Of a DNA stretch of 63,762 nucleotides, positions 62,578 through 63,762 are shown piece after piece; the stretch's first letter is position 1, and each line of letters starts with the position of its first letter. The notes below the pieces were generated by a model. The model was given only the letters and a program-made list of their open reading frames with translations, was not told the origin of the DNA and did not search any database. This DNA comes from Octopus bimaculoides (Eukaryota). The translations under genes were made by a program, and so were the position numbers. The stretch spans positions 13,593,500 to 13,657,261 of the forward strand of contig NC_068993.1 of assembly GCF_001194135.2 (NCBI RefSeq), read 5' to 3'.

Positions 62578-63649
62578 TGTTTTCTTTTTTGTTTTTGTTT
62601 TTAATTTTCAGCTGAGATCCGTAGCATAAACCATAAGCTCACTCCCGAGGATCAAAAGGCCGTGACCCGTTTTCCAGCTTCTCTTAAATACACAACAGTT
62701 CAATCGTGGTGTTTAATATCCTGCGGGAAGATAAATAAGAAAATACGAATTTCAAACCAACTTTGCTTGAAACAGGTTAAACTTGTGTTTAGTGAAAATA
62801 TATTAATGTTAGGGCCTTTTAACATGTAAATCTCAAAGTATTTTTTCACGTTTTTACATTTGCATTTTAGAAGAACTGTTGCTATTTTTTCGGTTTATGT
62901 TGTGTATTTGTTTTATCACAGTATTCCTGATTTGTTTCTTCTGTTCGTGCCTAAAATCAACGCCAGTTATTATTTTCTGTGTTTCTTTCTTCATAGTCAT
63001 ATGCCATATACTTAACTAGATTTCCCAGTTTAGTATTGAATTTCTGTTCACCTTATTTGCTATTTCATTACATTTACATTCTTAACGTCCTTAGCAACAT
63101 ACGAACATAGACGTTTTCATATTTTTCGCCGCTAATATTATTAGTATTCATTCTTACGTAGGATGTTATTAAGAAATTCTGATTTGGTGCAAAGTTAAAT
63201 TTGCTAAAACGCCAGAAAAAAGAAAAGAAAAACATATCGGGCAATGTACTCCAAGCCTATGAATAGACAAACGTATCGACTTTTCTGTATATACACGTAG
63301 GGATGTATTTTCCTACATATTTTCCTAAGATTTTTCACGTAACAAGTTCCTCTATGTTTTCGTTGTAAATTTGGTGGCTACATGTAACTAAGATAATTTA
63401 TTATATACCAACTTTTCCGTGTCATGAATAATAAATAGAGTAAGAGTATTACTATTTTTGATAATCATGTACAACTGTGGAAGCTTTTATCATGATGATT
63501 GGAAATAATATCGAATTGTAGCAATCTCGTGTGAACACTAAAACTACAATTGCTTTCTCTGCAAACTCGTCTCACCATCTTTGTCATCGTTGTTACCATC
63601 ATGTCCCATAATACGTCCACAGCATATTGACTCCTTCAACTACAACAGC

Positions 63650-63656
63650 TACACTG

Positions 63657-63699
<43 letters not shown>

Positions 63700-63728
63700 G
63701 ACGACGACGACGACGACGACGACGACTG

Positions 63729-63762
<34 letters not shown>
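63650..63762. repeat. (TAC)n(GAC)n(TAC)n compound microsatellite at the window end
   Basis: Directly visible. Confidence 0.95.

Overview
This is AT-rich, repeat-dense animal genomic DNA from a gappy draft assembly. It has 16 N-gaps, 15 of them flanked by simple repeats. The SINE set and microsatellite load look like an octopus genome; that is inference from recall, not checked. No complete gene, rRNA, true tRNA gene or CRISPR array is visible, and nearly every entry in the ORF track is a microsatellite or N-gap artefact. The window reads as intronic or intergenic. Supported content: (1) three main tRNA-derived SINE families (called A, B and C here, with B in two variants), about 30 copies and fragments in total; (2) decayed autonomous elements, namely an R4/Dong-type RLE-LINE 3' end, a Penelope-like GIY-YIG remnant, a DD37D/maT-like and a mariner transposase remnant, a Tigger/pogo remnant and two Helitron-like 3' ends; (3) a few possible + strand micro-exons of an unidentified gene. 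The best lead is a ~310-bp non-coding element in a (TAA)n array that shares its 3' terminus with the adjacent R4/Dong LINE, a candidate microsatellite-targeting non-autonomous partner. Other leads are two degenerate minimal hammerhead-ribozyme-like folds, B-family SINEs inserted with target-site duplications inside C-family SINEs, head-to-tail C-SINE chains, and a perfect 24-bp hairpin. None of these is demonstrated to be a new biological system; all need database searches.
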